A DNA stretch of 63,565 nucleotides, filler included, from Intoshia linei (Eukaryota > Animalia > Orthonectida): the NCBI GenBank assembly GCA_001642005.1. It is 6 parts of 6 records of this genome, joined end to end, with 100 filler letters (N's around TTAATTAATTAA, not from the genome) between each part and the next. Parts side by side here need not be neighbours in the genome. Positions count along the whole stretch, not along the records: positions 48,187 to 55,364 come from LWCA01001588.1; positions 55,465 to 60,585 come from LWCA01001841.1; positions 60,686 to 63,565 come from LWCA01002193.1; 3 more parts are not named here. One strand, 5' to 3'. A program made the position numbers and the translations under genes. The notes under the pieces are model-generated. The model was not told where the DNA came from. It did no database searches and worked only from the letters and a program-made list of their open reading frames with translations. Within the stretch, counting starts at the first letter, position 1. Each line of letters begins with the position of its first letter. Positions 52,377-63,565 of the stretch are shown here, one piece after another.

Positions 52377-55280
52377 ATGGAAAACCGATTAGCTTTTCAA
52401 CATAATTTGAAATTTAAACAAAAATGTACTATTAATCTACACATTGATATACGAAAAAGAGAATATGGTGAACATTTCTCTCGCCATTTTTTGAGACATG
52501 TTTTTTATAAAAAAAAATTATTTTCACATGTACTATCCAAAATTAATTTGAATTTACCTCCAGTCGACAAAATTTTTGCTTCTCATTGGTTAAATGATGA
52601 AGAAATTGTAGCGACGACTAAATGCAACAACGTAAGTATCAATTTATTTTTTTTAGGTGTTTAAGTACATTGTTATGCACTCATAAACCTATCATCAAAT
52701 TCAACGAATAGTTAAATTAGCCTAATTTAAATGTATCTAACAGGAAAAGACACTTATTGAAAGTTTATTGCAAAAAATCAATTTAGTTAATCTTCTTATT
52801 TGTAATCTTAAAAATTTGTGACACGAGTCTTAAAAATCCATAATGTCTTGTGTTTTTGTGTTTTTTTAGTTTCTAAAAAACACTTTAAAACGAAAAGTTA
52901 AGAATATACCTAATTTTTTACCCATCGTCACTAAACTGTTGATAATTTCGCGAAATTCATTATTTTTTGATTAGTAATCACTGATCTCTATCTTTAATAT
53001 ATATATAAACTTGCTAATATAACAATTAGATAATAAAGATGAATATATTCAATAAAGACTACGAAATAATCCCACCAATTAAATCTAAATTCCACTGCAA
53101 AAATCGAAAAAATTTTTCTGGGATTAGAACTATAGAAAAAAATGACAATGAAACTTTTATCGTATCTGGAGCTCATGATAGTAATCACGTTAGTGTATAC
53201 AGTCTACCGGATCTGAAACAATATGCTGTTGGAATCGTTTGAATTTTTTATTAAATTTTTTGAATATTTTTAGAATGGACATGAAGATTGGCTTTTTGAT
53301 GTAGAATGGTTGTCAAATGAAATTTTTGTTTCCGGTAGATTTTTTTAGACATCATTTAATATCTATAAGCCTTAAACTCCAAAGTACTCATATGTGAATG
53401 GTAGAAATATAGAAACGGTTATATGAAGGAAAATTTTTTCAAATTGGTGTATAGTTGTAAACATTTGTTAAAATAACGCCTGCAGTGGAGCCTTGTTATA
53501 CAGCGTCGATCCCTTTGAGGAGCACTGGTATATGGACTAATGATGTGAGGTTTTTAATCACTTCTGAACAGGCAGCTAAAAACTAATTGTATTGTATTTA
53601 AACATGGTTTATATATGGTTTATTTGGCATTGCTGATTGCTCATTATCAGCAACAATGAGGAGATGTGAAATTGTGGAATTGTTTGTCATAAAATGTAGA
53701 CCAGTATTCCCAAAATTGGTGATATGGGGCTTCAGGGGGCGATTAATTTGGTCAGGGGCGATTTTAAAAATACAAATTTCTTTTTATGTTATTAGTAATA
53801 ACATATTAACAAATTTTTAAAGAGCAAAAAACTAATAAAAAGAAAGATAAACAGTGACACATTGATAAATATATTATGTATTGACATATATAATTATATA
53901 TTGTAATATAATATAATTTTCATTAATATTAAATATCAACTTTGAAAATATCTCATAATTAAAATCAGTTAAATCAAAAAAAATTGGGTTTATTATAATT
54001 ATTCAGTAAATTTTAGTCGAAAATTTTTTCTAGGGGGCGTTGAACAAATATATTACTAACAAGGGGGCGATAGACAAAATGAGTTTGGGAACCCCTGATA
54101 TAGACGAATGTCTTGCTGTAAACTGTATATATAAATACAGGTAGATTTGTCACTAACGATCTGTAAATGTTTGATTTTAGTGTTATTCAGAGATAAACAT
54201 TGGTCTTGTTTCGTTTCAAAGAGTTTTAATAAATCAAATTTAATTAACAATATTGTATGTTATGCATTATTATAATTATTAACATACATATATAATAAAA
54301 ACAATTTAATTATAAATGATTTTAACACTTTTAATCGCTTTAAACAATTATAATAGGATCTCGAGACGGATCTATATGTTTGTGGAATTTAGCACTTAAT
54401 GAGGCATATTCTGTGGATAAATCTATAATATATCCAGTAAAATTATGCAAGAATATACAAAATCATTATTGCATCAGAGCAATTTCTTATAATAAGCGAA
54501 TTGATGTAATTTATAATTTCGAATTGAGTAAATAATAATAATAATTTTTGATTAATTATATTATTATTACATGATTATATAATTAATAATTTGATAGCTC
54601 ATTAAATTTTTTTAATATTCAATAATTATATTTAGAAATTAGTAGGCATACACAAAATTCAAATGATGACGGTGTGGGATAAAGAATATTTAAATGAAGT
54701 TATTATTATTATTAAATGAAGTACAAAAAAATTATGATAGAATAATTCACTTTAAAGTAAAAAGTAATGTAATATGATGATTCCACCTGAAACAAATTTA
54801 GGAACCACTCCTTTAAATGATTGATAATATTGAATATAGGATTTTTAAGTTAGATTTTCAACGTGAATTTATTTTTTAAGTATAATAAAAATTGCCTTCA
54901 GCAGAGCTAGGTGCTGTTTGTACATAGTACATTACAGTCAACCTAGTATTATATAATATTACATAATATTTTATACTATTTAGACATTAATTATCAAATT
55001 AAACGTTGAATTGGAAAACGTATGTATCGATACGTCAATTGACATAAATTTGTTTGGGGTAGGATCAAGATCTGGAATTAATCTGTATGATGTTCGTAAT
55101 CAAGTTGCACTAGTTAAAAATGTTGAAACTAAAAATGTTTATGTGAGGTCTATTCAATTTCATCAATATGTTTGCTCTTATGGTACAGGAGTGGGGGATG
55201 TGTATTTTTATGATATAAGGAACCATCAACACATGAAACTGAATCAAAATAATGTCAAATTAGCCACAAATATAAATAAT
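52377..55280 (+). CDS. DCAF12: DDB1- and CUL4-associated factor 12 (WD40); 3' end probably lost in the gap
   Basis: Motifs DKIFASHWLNDEEIVATTKCN, GIRTIEKN...VSVYSLPDL, GHEDWLFDVEWL, GSRDGSICLW and VRSIQF...GTGVGDVYFYDIR, across GT-AG-bounded exons. Confidence 0.88.
53702..54097. mobile_element. hAT-type MITE in a DCAF12 intron
   Basis: Ends CAGTATTCCCAAA...TTTGGGAACCCCTG with flanks ATGTAGAC/ATATAGAC and subterminal GGGGCG repeats. Confidence 0.75.
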
Positions 55281-55364
55281 GTAATTTTGAGCATATAGTC
55301 TAAGTCCTACTTAACGGAATTTTTGGAACTCAAAAATTTAGGAATTCCGCTAAACAGGATGTTT

Positions 55365-55464
55365 NNNNNNNNNNNNNNNNNNNNNNNNNNNNNNNNNNNN
55401 NNNNNNNNTTAATTAATTAANNNNNNNNNNNNNNNNNNNNNNNNNNNNNNNNNNNNNNNNNNNN
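55365..55464. other. Artificial contig linker
   Basis: N44-TTAATTAATTAA-N44. Confidence 0.97.
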
Positions 55465-57238
55465 TATAAAATTTAATTGTATTTATATATTGTTAAAAAG
55501 TAGTTCATTATATGTGGAATGGATACAGGAACTTTAATTATTTAACCCCTTCTCTAGCAATATTATTAATTGGTATACTTGCTACATTAAATTCTAACAT
55601 TTGGATTAGTCCAATATTTATTGTACTAGGTTTTTCCGATATGTTTTAAATATACAGCGAAAGTATTTCAAATTATTCCGAATTTTAATTTTTATGTTTT
55701 CTACGATAATACTTTTTAATTTTTAACATAGGTTCCACTCATTGGAAAATTTTAAATTCGATCGCATCAAAAAAAGGTTGGTCACCTCTGATTTAAACTT
55801 TAAATAATAATTTTTACACATCACCGAAAGTCAACATAAAATATCTAAAGAGTAGATAAACATGTATTGTTTCCAAAAACAATGGTAAAATTAGATTTTA
55901 TTCAATGTAGTTGGTAAAAGTGAATATGTTTTAAAAAGGTTGTAAACGTGAATTTTTTCATAAAGGTTTTGATAAACATGCATAGAGTGCATGTGTCATA
56001 CAGTCCCTAGTCACCTTTTCAAGTCTCTTGACTTGACATCTTAAATTTATAATGATACACAAAATAGTTATGATATTGAAACATATATTTTTTTAATACT
56101 AAATTTGGAACGAGGCGCGATTTTACCAAAATTTCGTCGAGACCCGAAGAGAGTCTCAGGCACGGTATGTTCGCCACTGACAACAAAGATTGGTTTTTTA
56201 GGAAAATTTTCAAATTATTGAATTTGATTATTTTCCATTTTTTTAAGCTTTTTTAAGCTAAAATCACTTTTACAGACAAATAACTTTACCAATTTTGAAA
56301 TTTTTAAGTAGGTGACAGAAACAGATCATAATCTTAGTATCCGACAAAAAATTGATCAATATAACAAATTTTAAAAAAATATGTAACATTTTTAAAATTA
56401 TATTTTACTTTGCTTTGTAGACCAGGGAGGGCAACATACGGCTTACTGGTCGGATCCGGTCCAAATAACTCAAATTTTAACATTAATTTAAAATAATTAT
56501 GTTCACATAAAAAAAAGTTCATTATGTGAGGTGTTTATATTAAACATGATTGACTGTATTATTTCAGTTTCATACATGTATAATTGAATGTCGGTATGTG
56601 TTACCGTATATTTAAAAAATTATCAAACGTAGAATTTAAAAAACCCCAGTTCTAATACATTTTTTTGGCAGGCGATGTTGATATCTATTTTTCAGTTTCA
56701 AAAATTAAGTTATTCAGAGTCAAAAACACAATTTACCCTTTTGTTAAAAATAAAATCAGTCCAAAAAATTAAATTTAAATAAAAATAATAAATAAATTCT
56801 GGGCGCATTTTAAAATCATTTTCAAGGTCTTAAATCCACCCTCAGAAACGCACACCTTGATGGTCAAAACCACAAATTACCCAATGTTTTAAAAATGAAA
56901 CATGTCCTAAAATTTTATAAAACATAAATTCTGGGATACTTTGTAAAATCGTAACCATTACCATTAATGACAACCTAAAAAAGTGAATTTTAACGATCAA
57001 AACTACAAATTACCTTTTTTTTTAAAAATTAAAAGTCCTAGAATTTTAAAAAATTACAGGTGATACAGTTATATCTCAGGAATCGATATGCTGCTTTAGC
57101 ATTGAACGTGAATGTTTAAGAACTCTAATGGATGATACATATTTATTTATTGCAAACGTTATTTTTATATCCATTTATTTTATAAAGTGGGTCTCAAAAT
57201 ATTTTTGATTGAAATATAAATGACATAAGAAACATTAC

Positions 57239-59144
57239 GTTCTAATAACATCTTGTTCAATAGCAGTTTTTATATCTTTATAATCAAAGCATCGGTTCCA
57301 TGAATTCTATATTTATTTGATCATTATTATCACAATACCAGTATATTCATTTTAAACAGACAATTTCAGAATGAGAAGTGTTTTATTTGTCAGTATTTAA
57401 TTTCAGAAAAAAATATAAATAATAAAAATTTTTTAGTATTTTCAACAAAAATTGTCTGTATAAATATTAAAATATCAGTAATAAAATTATTTTGTCATAT
57501 ATTATATTATAATATAAAAATTAATTGAATAAAAATTACATATTTGTAAGTATATTTAAAGTACTGAAAAAATATTTTTTTTACTGATATTTTAATTTAA
57601 ACACTGACAATACATTATTTATACTGACACCTTGTCAACTGGCACCTAAAATACTGACAATTTATTATATCAACTGACAAACTATCTAAAATACTAACAC
57701 TATAAATTTTTTTACCTATTTTTTCAGAATTTCAAAAAATTTGACGTTTTACAATATTAACATTATCAATCAATATACAATATATTTTCTACATTGTCAA
57801 TTTGTGACACGTAGTTAAAAAATTAATTTGATCAAAATAAAATCTAAAAAGACCATGATTTATAAAAAAAAATTCAAAAAATTTGTTAAAATGTATGAGT
57901 CTAATTATTTAGTTTATAATGATTTCATCAATTTAACGTAAAAATTTAATAGAGAAATATAAATATTGTACAAAAAAAGTATAGGAAAATCCATTATTTT
58001 TTATATTTCACGAGAATTCAATAATAACTAATTTAAATTTGCCGACTAATAATATTTGTATAAGTAGAATTACATTTTTATCATTTAATAATGGATTGTC
58101 CTCATCAATTGAAGCTTTATTCAATTTACTAAGAGATTTCTTCTTCAATTCTTCATATGCCACTCGAGAATTAGCAGTAGATTGAGACCATTTTTCTCTT
58201 TCCGTAGGTAAACATTTCAAAAATATCTAAAAAAATTATCATTTTAATTAATCTTAAAATCAGTGGTTCCTGATTCAAATAGTGTAATAACAACTATTTC
58301 AAAATATTTCTTTTTTGGACACCAAAGGAAACATGAAATATAAAACTAAAAAAAATTAAAGGTTTTTCTCATAAGATTTGGTAAAATCGGATTTTTAAAA
58401 AAAATATTGGATAAAGAGAATATTTCCCTTAAGACTTAAGGGTTAGTAAAATTTTTTACATTTTATTTGAATTTCACGGGCCTCAGACATATAGTTTTTG
58501 ACCCCCAATCGGGACCACTGCTTTATTTATATAAAATTGAATGTTGTGTGTGTACCGTTTATTTAAAAAATTAAATATCGTAAAATTTAAAAAACTCAAA
58601 TTCTAATACAGTTTTTTGCGTGTAATGTTTTGATCGAAGTTTCTTTTACCGACATTGATTCCTTCAGAGTTAAAAACCCAATTCTTCCTTTTTTTTTAAA
58701 AATAAAATAATCCAAAAATTATAAAAATATAATTCTGGAAACTAAAAGTAAATACTCTATTTTTATATTCCTCCATAAATGTTTCAGATTTGGAAAAAAT
58801 AGTAATAATAGCTATAGAAAAATGAAAATAGGTTTTTCAGATTTATTTTAGATTCTGATAACTTTAAATTTAAAAATTCTATTTATAAATTTGTTAATCC
58901 ATCAAAATAAAATTTGGTTAATTTACTAGATTTATTGCATCATGTTAAACATTTAAAATGTACATGTAAATTACCTTCCAATGTAAACTTCTAAAATTAG
59001 AATCTCTTAAATTTCCAGTGATGGCTAATTTTGAATTGTATAATAAATTTGAATCGTTGATAACACTTTTGAATTCTTTTCTATATTTATGGGTAAATTT
59101 AATATTATTGCATCATACTCATATGGCGTTTCAAGTGAATTCAT
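57239..59144 (-). CDS. TBC1D5: Rab GAP TBC1D5, 5' four exons
   Basis: Spliced product MNSLETPYE|KEFKSV...GNLRDSNFRSLHWK|IFLKCLP...W...DNPLLNDKN|NSWNRCFDYKDIKTAIEQDVIRT follows the TBC1D5 N-terminal pattern. Confidence 0.82.
58261..58520. mobile_element. hAT-type MITE (short member of the 9374 family)
   Basis: Ends CAGTGGTTCC...GGGACCACTG. Shares ATTCAAATAGT and AAAGGTTTT(T)CTCATAAGATTTGGTAAAAT with 9374-9835. Confidence 0.75.
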
Positions 59145-59326
59145 TTATTTATTTAATGGAAAAATAAATATTACAACAAAATTGATAATGTATTCCCAGC
59201 AACAATATAATCGATTTTTATTTTTTAACATTTTTTCAATTTACAATTTACAATTGTTAGTGTGACAAATTTTTCAACCATTTTTTAATTGGTATTTTTA
59301 TAAATTATGGAGATAATCGTATATTA

Positions 59327-60585
59327 GAGTGTCCCAATTTAACATTTTTGTTTGAAATTCAAAAAGTATTTTTGACTGCATGTCCTATTTTGTATACAAT
59401 GTAAGCTTTTAATTTATAATTTAATCTTAATTTGGTCAGACGAAGTACAAAAATTTTATTTTAAAAAAAATAATAAATTTAAACGAATGTAAGTTTATTT
59501 TCATGGATTAAAAGTCAGTATTTTATAATGTTAAAAACATAATGTATAGTTATAGTCGTATAATTGGATAAAAATTCATTTTAAATATTTTAATTGTAAT
59601 TTTTAAATTTTTTTATACACATTTGTTCCAATTTTTCATCAGATGAAATTGTCATTCATGCATTTTAAAGCCCGTTCTCTATTTCGTTTGAGTACGAAAT
59701 TTTTTGCCTTCTGCTCAAAGTGTTTTTGGGGAGCCAATGCTAGTTCAAACATTTAGCTACAGTTGGATAATTTAATAGCAATTAATCTAAGGAATCCTAT
59801 TCTGTAAATGTTTGAAATCTGCATGTAAACCAACATTTAGACCAAACATATGCTATAAAATCACAAATTTGTTTTATCTCTGGTGCTCTATCCACATTTA
59901 AGATGTACGTTTCAATGCATATAATGATTTTGCATTCCAACGAGAATTAGAAATGCACCCGGCTTTTTAAATTTGATAATTGGATTTTTTTGGTATTTTA
60001 TTAGAGTTTTATAAGCGTCTATTAGTTCAGATAATTCTTTAGTCATTACGCCAATTTCCCTGTAAATTATCATTGTGTTCTATATTAATTTCTCTGATAT
60101 ATTTAGATTTTATAATAAAAAAATTTTCTTTAAGTTTTGTTACAAACGAAAATGGAATATTGGGCGAATTTGTATTAACTTGTAAAACAGTATAAAAAAC
60201 ATGTTTAAGTATAAGGTCTAATATATGAAACCGACAACNAAAAAACATGTTTAAGTATAAGGTCTAATATATGAAACCGACAACCTTCGTATGTAAACTC
60301 TGGCAAAACCGGTTTCAAATAAGTTATTACACCCTAATGAATACCGGTGTTGGAGCTTCTTGTGTCGCAAATCACCATTGATATTTTATCATTAATATTA
60401 AATAACTCCAAGACATTTAGAATTTATTGGTATATTGTAAGACCCTTATTATTATTTAAAGACCGTAAAGCAATAAGTATTGATTAATTTTCTCCAGAAA
60501 TATAAACAGCCAGTTTCTCAGGTTTAACTTAACCGTATTTATAATCTTTATCATGTAAGTCATCTGTATGAGGTGCAATTAATTT
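59327..60585 (-). mobile_element. Decayed Sola2-like transposase with one terminal repeat
   Basis: Reads CDTRSSNTGIH*GV...GCRFHILDLILKHVF, then WRND and KKPGAFLILVG(frameshifted)RWNAKS. These match the DTTxxNTG / CRHHxxEL / RDDY / PGA..RW motif series. The terminus GAGTGTCCCAA fits GRG-type ends. Confidence 0.7.
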
Positions 60586-60685
60586 NNNNNNNNNNNNNNN
60601 NNNNNNNNNNNNNNNNNNNNNNNNNNNNNTTAATTAATTAANNNNNNNNNNNNNNNNNNNNNNNNNNNNNNNNNNNNNNNNNNNN
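60586..60685. other. Artificial contig linker
   Basis: N44-TTAATTAATTAA-N44. Confidence 0.97.
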
Positions 60686-61267
60686 TTTTCTCAAAAAGGT
60701 TTTTTAGGAAGCGAGCATGATTTCTCTGCTTTTAAACGTAATTATATAAATTACCTTGATTATCTTAAAAAATTACCATTTGAAGAAATATCATTGGATA
60801 TAGATTCGAGATGGGGATTTGTTTTGGATTCAGGGTATTTGGGTAATAGTTGTGAGACTCCCGGATTGAGAAAATTTGCAATGAATCGTCCTTCATTCGT
60901 AAAACCCAACGAAATACACTATCAGTCAAAATTAGCATCAAAGCGTGGATGCGTGGAAAGATTTTTTGGGAGATTAAAAAAATCTTTTTTTATTTTCTCT
61001 CCAATTTACAGATAGGATCACAGTCATTTCAATATAGATTTTGATATTTGTGTTTTTTTAACAAATGAGATTATACAAAGATCTGGTTTGTGTGAAAATG
61101 ACACTCATTTTAAATTAAAATTAATAACAAGGAATAAACGTGAACAAGACGAAAAATTATTGAAATTAAAAAAAGAATCAACTAATTATTCCAATAGAAA
61201 AAAAATCAGACTGAATGATAGTGGTTGTAGTTCTATTACAAGTTGTACATCATATTCCATTACATAA
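60686..61267 (+). pseudogene. PIF/Harbinger-type DDE_Tnp_4 transposase, 3' part, with one premature TAG
   Basis: Reads GSEHDF...WGFVLDSGYLG...KRGCVERFFGRLKKSF...YR*DH...ICVFLTN. The frame stays open for 83 codons after the TAG at 61013-61015. Confidence 0.8.
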
Positions 61268-62784
61268 ATCCTAATGATAATTGTTATGAAAGCTGTATGC
61301 ATAATTAATTGTAATATTATTGTATACGTATGAATTAAATATTAGAATTATATATATTAAATTATATATTAATTATTTAAATACTTATTATGTTATTAAT
61401 ATGTAGTTTCATATTAGATGAGTTGTTTTATTTTCTTTTATGTGTATCATTTTTAATTTTAATGGTTAATTTTTTAATTTAACCGTCAAATTTAATGAAA
61501 AATTTATTTGAATTGAAAAATTATTATTGAAACCTATTTGATATCAATTTATGAAAATTGAATTTTTTACCCTGTAGGTTGTAAATTGGGTTTTTGTAAA
61601 ATTGAAAGACTCTACTAACTGACTGATTAACAATAACTTGCTATTTTGTCTCATATATCCACTCTCCGTATTTAATTGCAATCTTATGTTAAAGTTGTAG
61701 ATAGAGTATATCTTCTCGAATAAATTGTCAAATCATTACAATACACGATCAACGATGAATGTCTAAAATGATCTTACGCTAACATTTAATTTATTTTCAA
61801 TATTTAACTCACTACGGGTAAAGTTGTAATTTAAAAAATCTTAACATTTTGATTTCATATACAGTAAAACTTATTATTTTTCTGATTAATTTTTATTTAC
61901 AAATAATAATTGTCTAAATGTTAATAAAATTACTAATTTTTCAATTCACAATAGTATTTTAATATTTTCGATCATCTGTCTACAGCCAGCACATTATTGC
62001 TGGCACCAGTTATATTCAGTACAGCTGGTGCCACCCCTGTCTATTCTATATCTAATTTTGACTAAAATTCAATTCAATACCAATAATGATAATTTAATAT
62101 TGTTAAATACATTTCAATATTACTCGACTTTATTCAATGTTGAAGTGTTAATTAAATATATTTTCAATTAAATCATTATAACTTAATATTATTGTGTTTT
62201 ATCCATTATATAATATATAACAGTGATTTCTAAGTTTATTCACCACATTCCCCCGCAATGTCATATAAATATTCCATAATTACAATGATACATTAATGTG
62301 TTTATTTGTACACTAGTGTTATTTTAATAAAATTAATTCATTATTATTTTTTAAAACGAGCAAGTTAAAATGATGGATATATTTGAAAAATAGGATTCTA
62401 ATATAATTTTTTATAATCTAATTTAATTTTTTAAATAATATTTTATTACCATTTTGATTTAATTTATAAAACATTTTTAGCTGTACATGATATTTAAATA
62501 TTGAAAATCGAGGTTCACGACGAATAAAACCCTGGTCTAATGTGTCACGAATATAAAAAAATTCAAACCAACTTATATATTGTTTAATATAATGTTTATA
62601 TTGATGTATTTAGGGTGGAATGTATCTTTTTCAGTTATTTGACTATTATTTGGGAAGCAGAATAGTTATATTCATTGCATTATGTGAATTGATTGGAATA
62701 AATATCTACGGTATGTTTAATATTTTAACATCTTTAGTTGATACTTTCAAAAATGAGCGTAATTAAATTTACAAAGGGCATTAA

Positions 62785-63565
62785 TCCTTACTTATATAAT
62801 ATATGCAATAATTTTTGTGTGTGTGTTACCGTTTATTTCAATAACTACCAGTCTTACAGTTTTATAAAGTTCACATTTAAATTACAGTTTTTTCTGGGGT
62901 GTTAGCAAAATAAATTTCAATCTCTCAAACTCACATTTTACGGGTCAAAAAGCCAATTGTCCTTTTTTTGAAAATCAAACGAGTTCGAGAATCTAATAAA
63001 ATATATACTCTGATACGGATTTTAAAATCATAAATAATATCATAAATTTAAATTTAAAAAAATATATATTTAAGGCCAAAACCACAAATTACCATTTTAT
63101 TTTTAATGAAACAACCCTAGAATTTCATAAAATTTACGGGTGGTACAGTTCTATTCTGTTAACACCCACAAAAAAATTTAATTCGAATAAGTGATGACTT
63201 CACAATCAAAAAAGCATTTTAGTATTCATATATTTTTTTTCCGAAATATTTTATTAAAACAAAAAATGTGAATAATTTACAGGTCCGAAAATTAAAAAAA
63301 AAAATTATTCTGATAGAACTTATTCCAGTTGATATAAATATTCGAAAATTAAAAAAAAGAGATTATTCTGATAGACCTTATTCCAGTTGATATAAATACA
63401 AAAGTTAAAAAAAATATTCTTATAGAGCTTATTCCAGGTGATATAAATACAAAATTTTAACCCCAGATCTACGCATTGCCGGTGAAAAATAATTTTTAAG
63501 CTATTATGAATTAATATTTTTCAAATATTTCGATTAAAATCAAAAATTGAAAATGTAAATATTGA
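62785..63565 (+). mobile_element. Helitron-like repeat copy running off the window end
   Basis: A|TCCTTACTTATATAAT start, a GT microsatellite and a body shared with many copies in the window. Three tandem TATTCT.ATAGA.CTTATTCCAG.TGATATAAATA units lie at ~63305-63450. Confidence 0.7.

Noticed and set aside
60196-60284. Tandem ~43-bp duplication of the CRFHILDLILKHVF coding segment
   Set aside because: The copies are identical and separated by a single N, indicating an overlap at an assembly join.
30221-60685. Five identical TTAATTAATTAA palindromes embedded in N runs, as a regularly repeated biological element
   Set aside because: Each is a fixed 44N+12+44N six-frame-stop linker used to join contigs. 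It is an artefact, and it also means gene order across the linkers is unproven.
30337-61015. In-frame TAG codons in three transposases (30337, ~60335, 61013) as evidence of stop-codon reassignment
   Set aside because: They replace different expected residues (E/Q, a variable position, and W). The fully traced host genes need no TAG read-through, so ordinary pseudogenisation explains them.

Overview
This is a very AT-rich eukaryotic (metazoan) nuclear genome window, not a prokaryotic one. Genes are split by many ~35-45 nt GT-AG introns, which by inference resembles the orthonectid Intoshia; the species cannot be confirmed from the sequence. Five identical 100-bp linkers (N44-TTAATTAATTAA-N44) divide the window into six contigs, so adjacency across them is unproven. 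Manually spliced genes: mitochondrial ribosomal protein S12, RBBP4/7, a 26-kb SPEF2, partial LCMT1, a divergent T-box factor, a SEA-EGF-TM mucin-like protein, and partial TEX9, RNF10, DCAF12 and TBC1D5. Long introns and intergenic DNA are filled with DNA-transposon debris: hAT, pogo/Tc1 and piggyBac MITEs, a Helitron-like family, and decayed MULE, Sola2 and PIF/Harbinger transposases. I found no clear new multi-gene system. The best leads are substitutions in both accuracy loops of mitochondrial S12, a pogo/CENP-B-like gene carrying host-style 38-nt introns, a 70-nt SPEF2 intron that splits into two modal-size introns at an internal AG|GT, and an overlapping bidirectional poly(A) signal between two genes whose stops are 21 bp apart.
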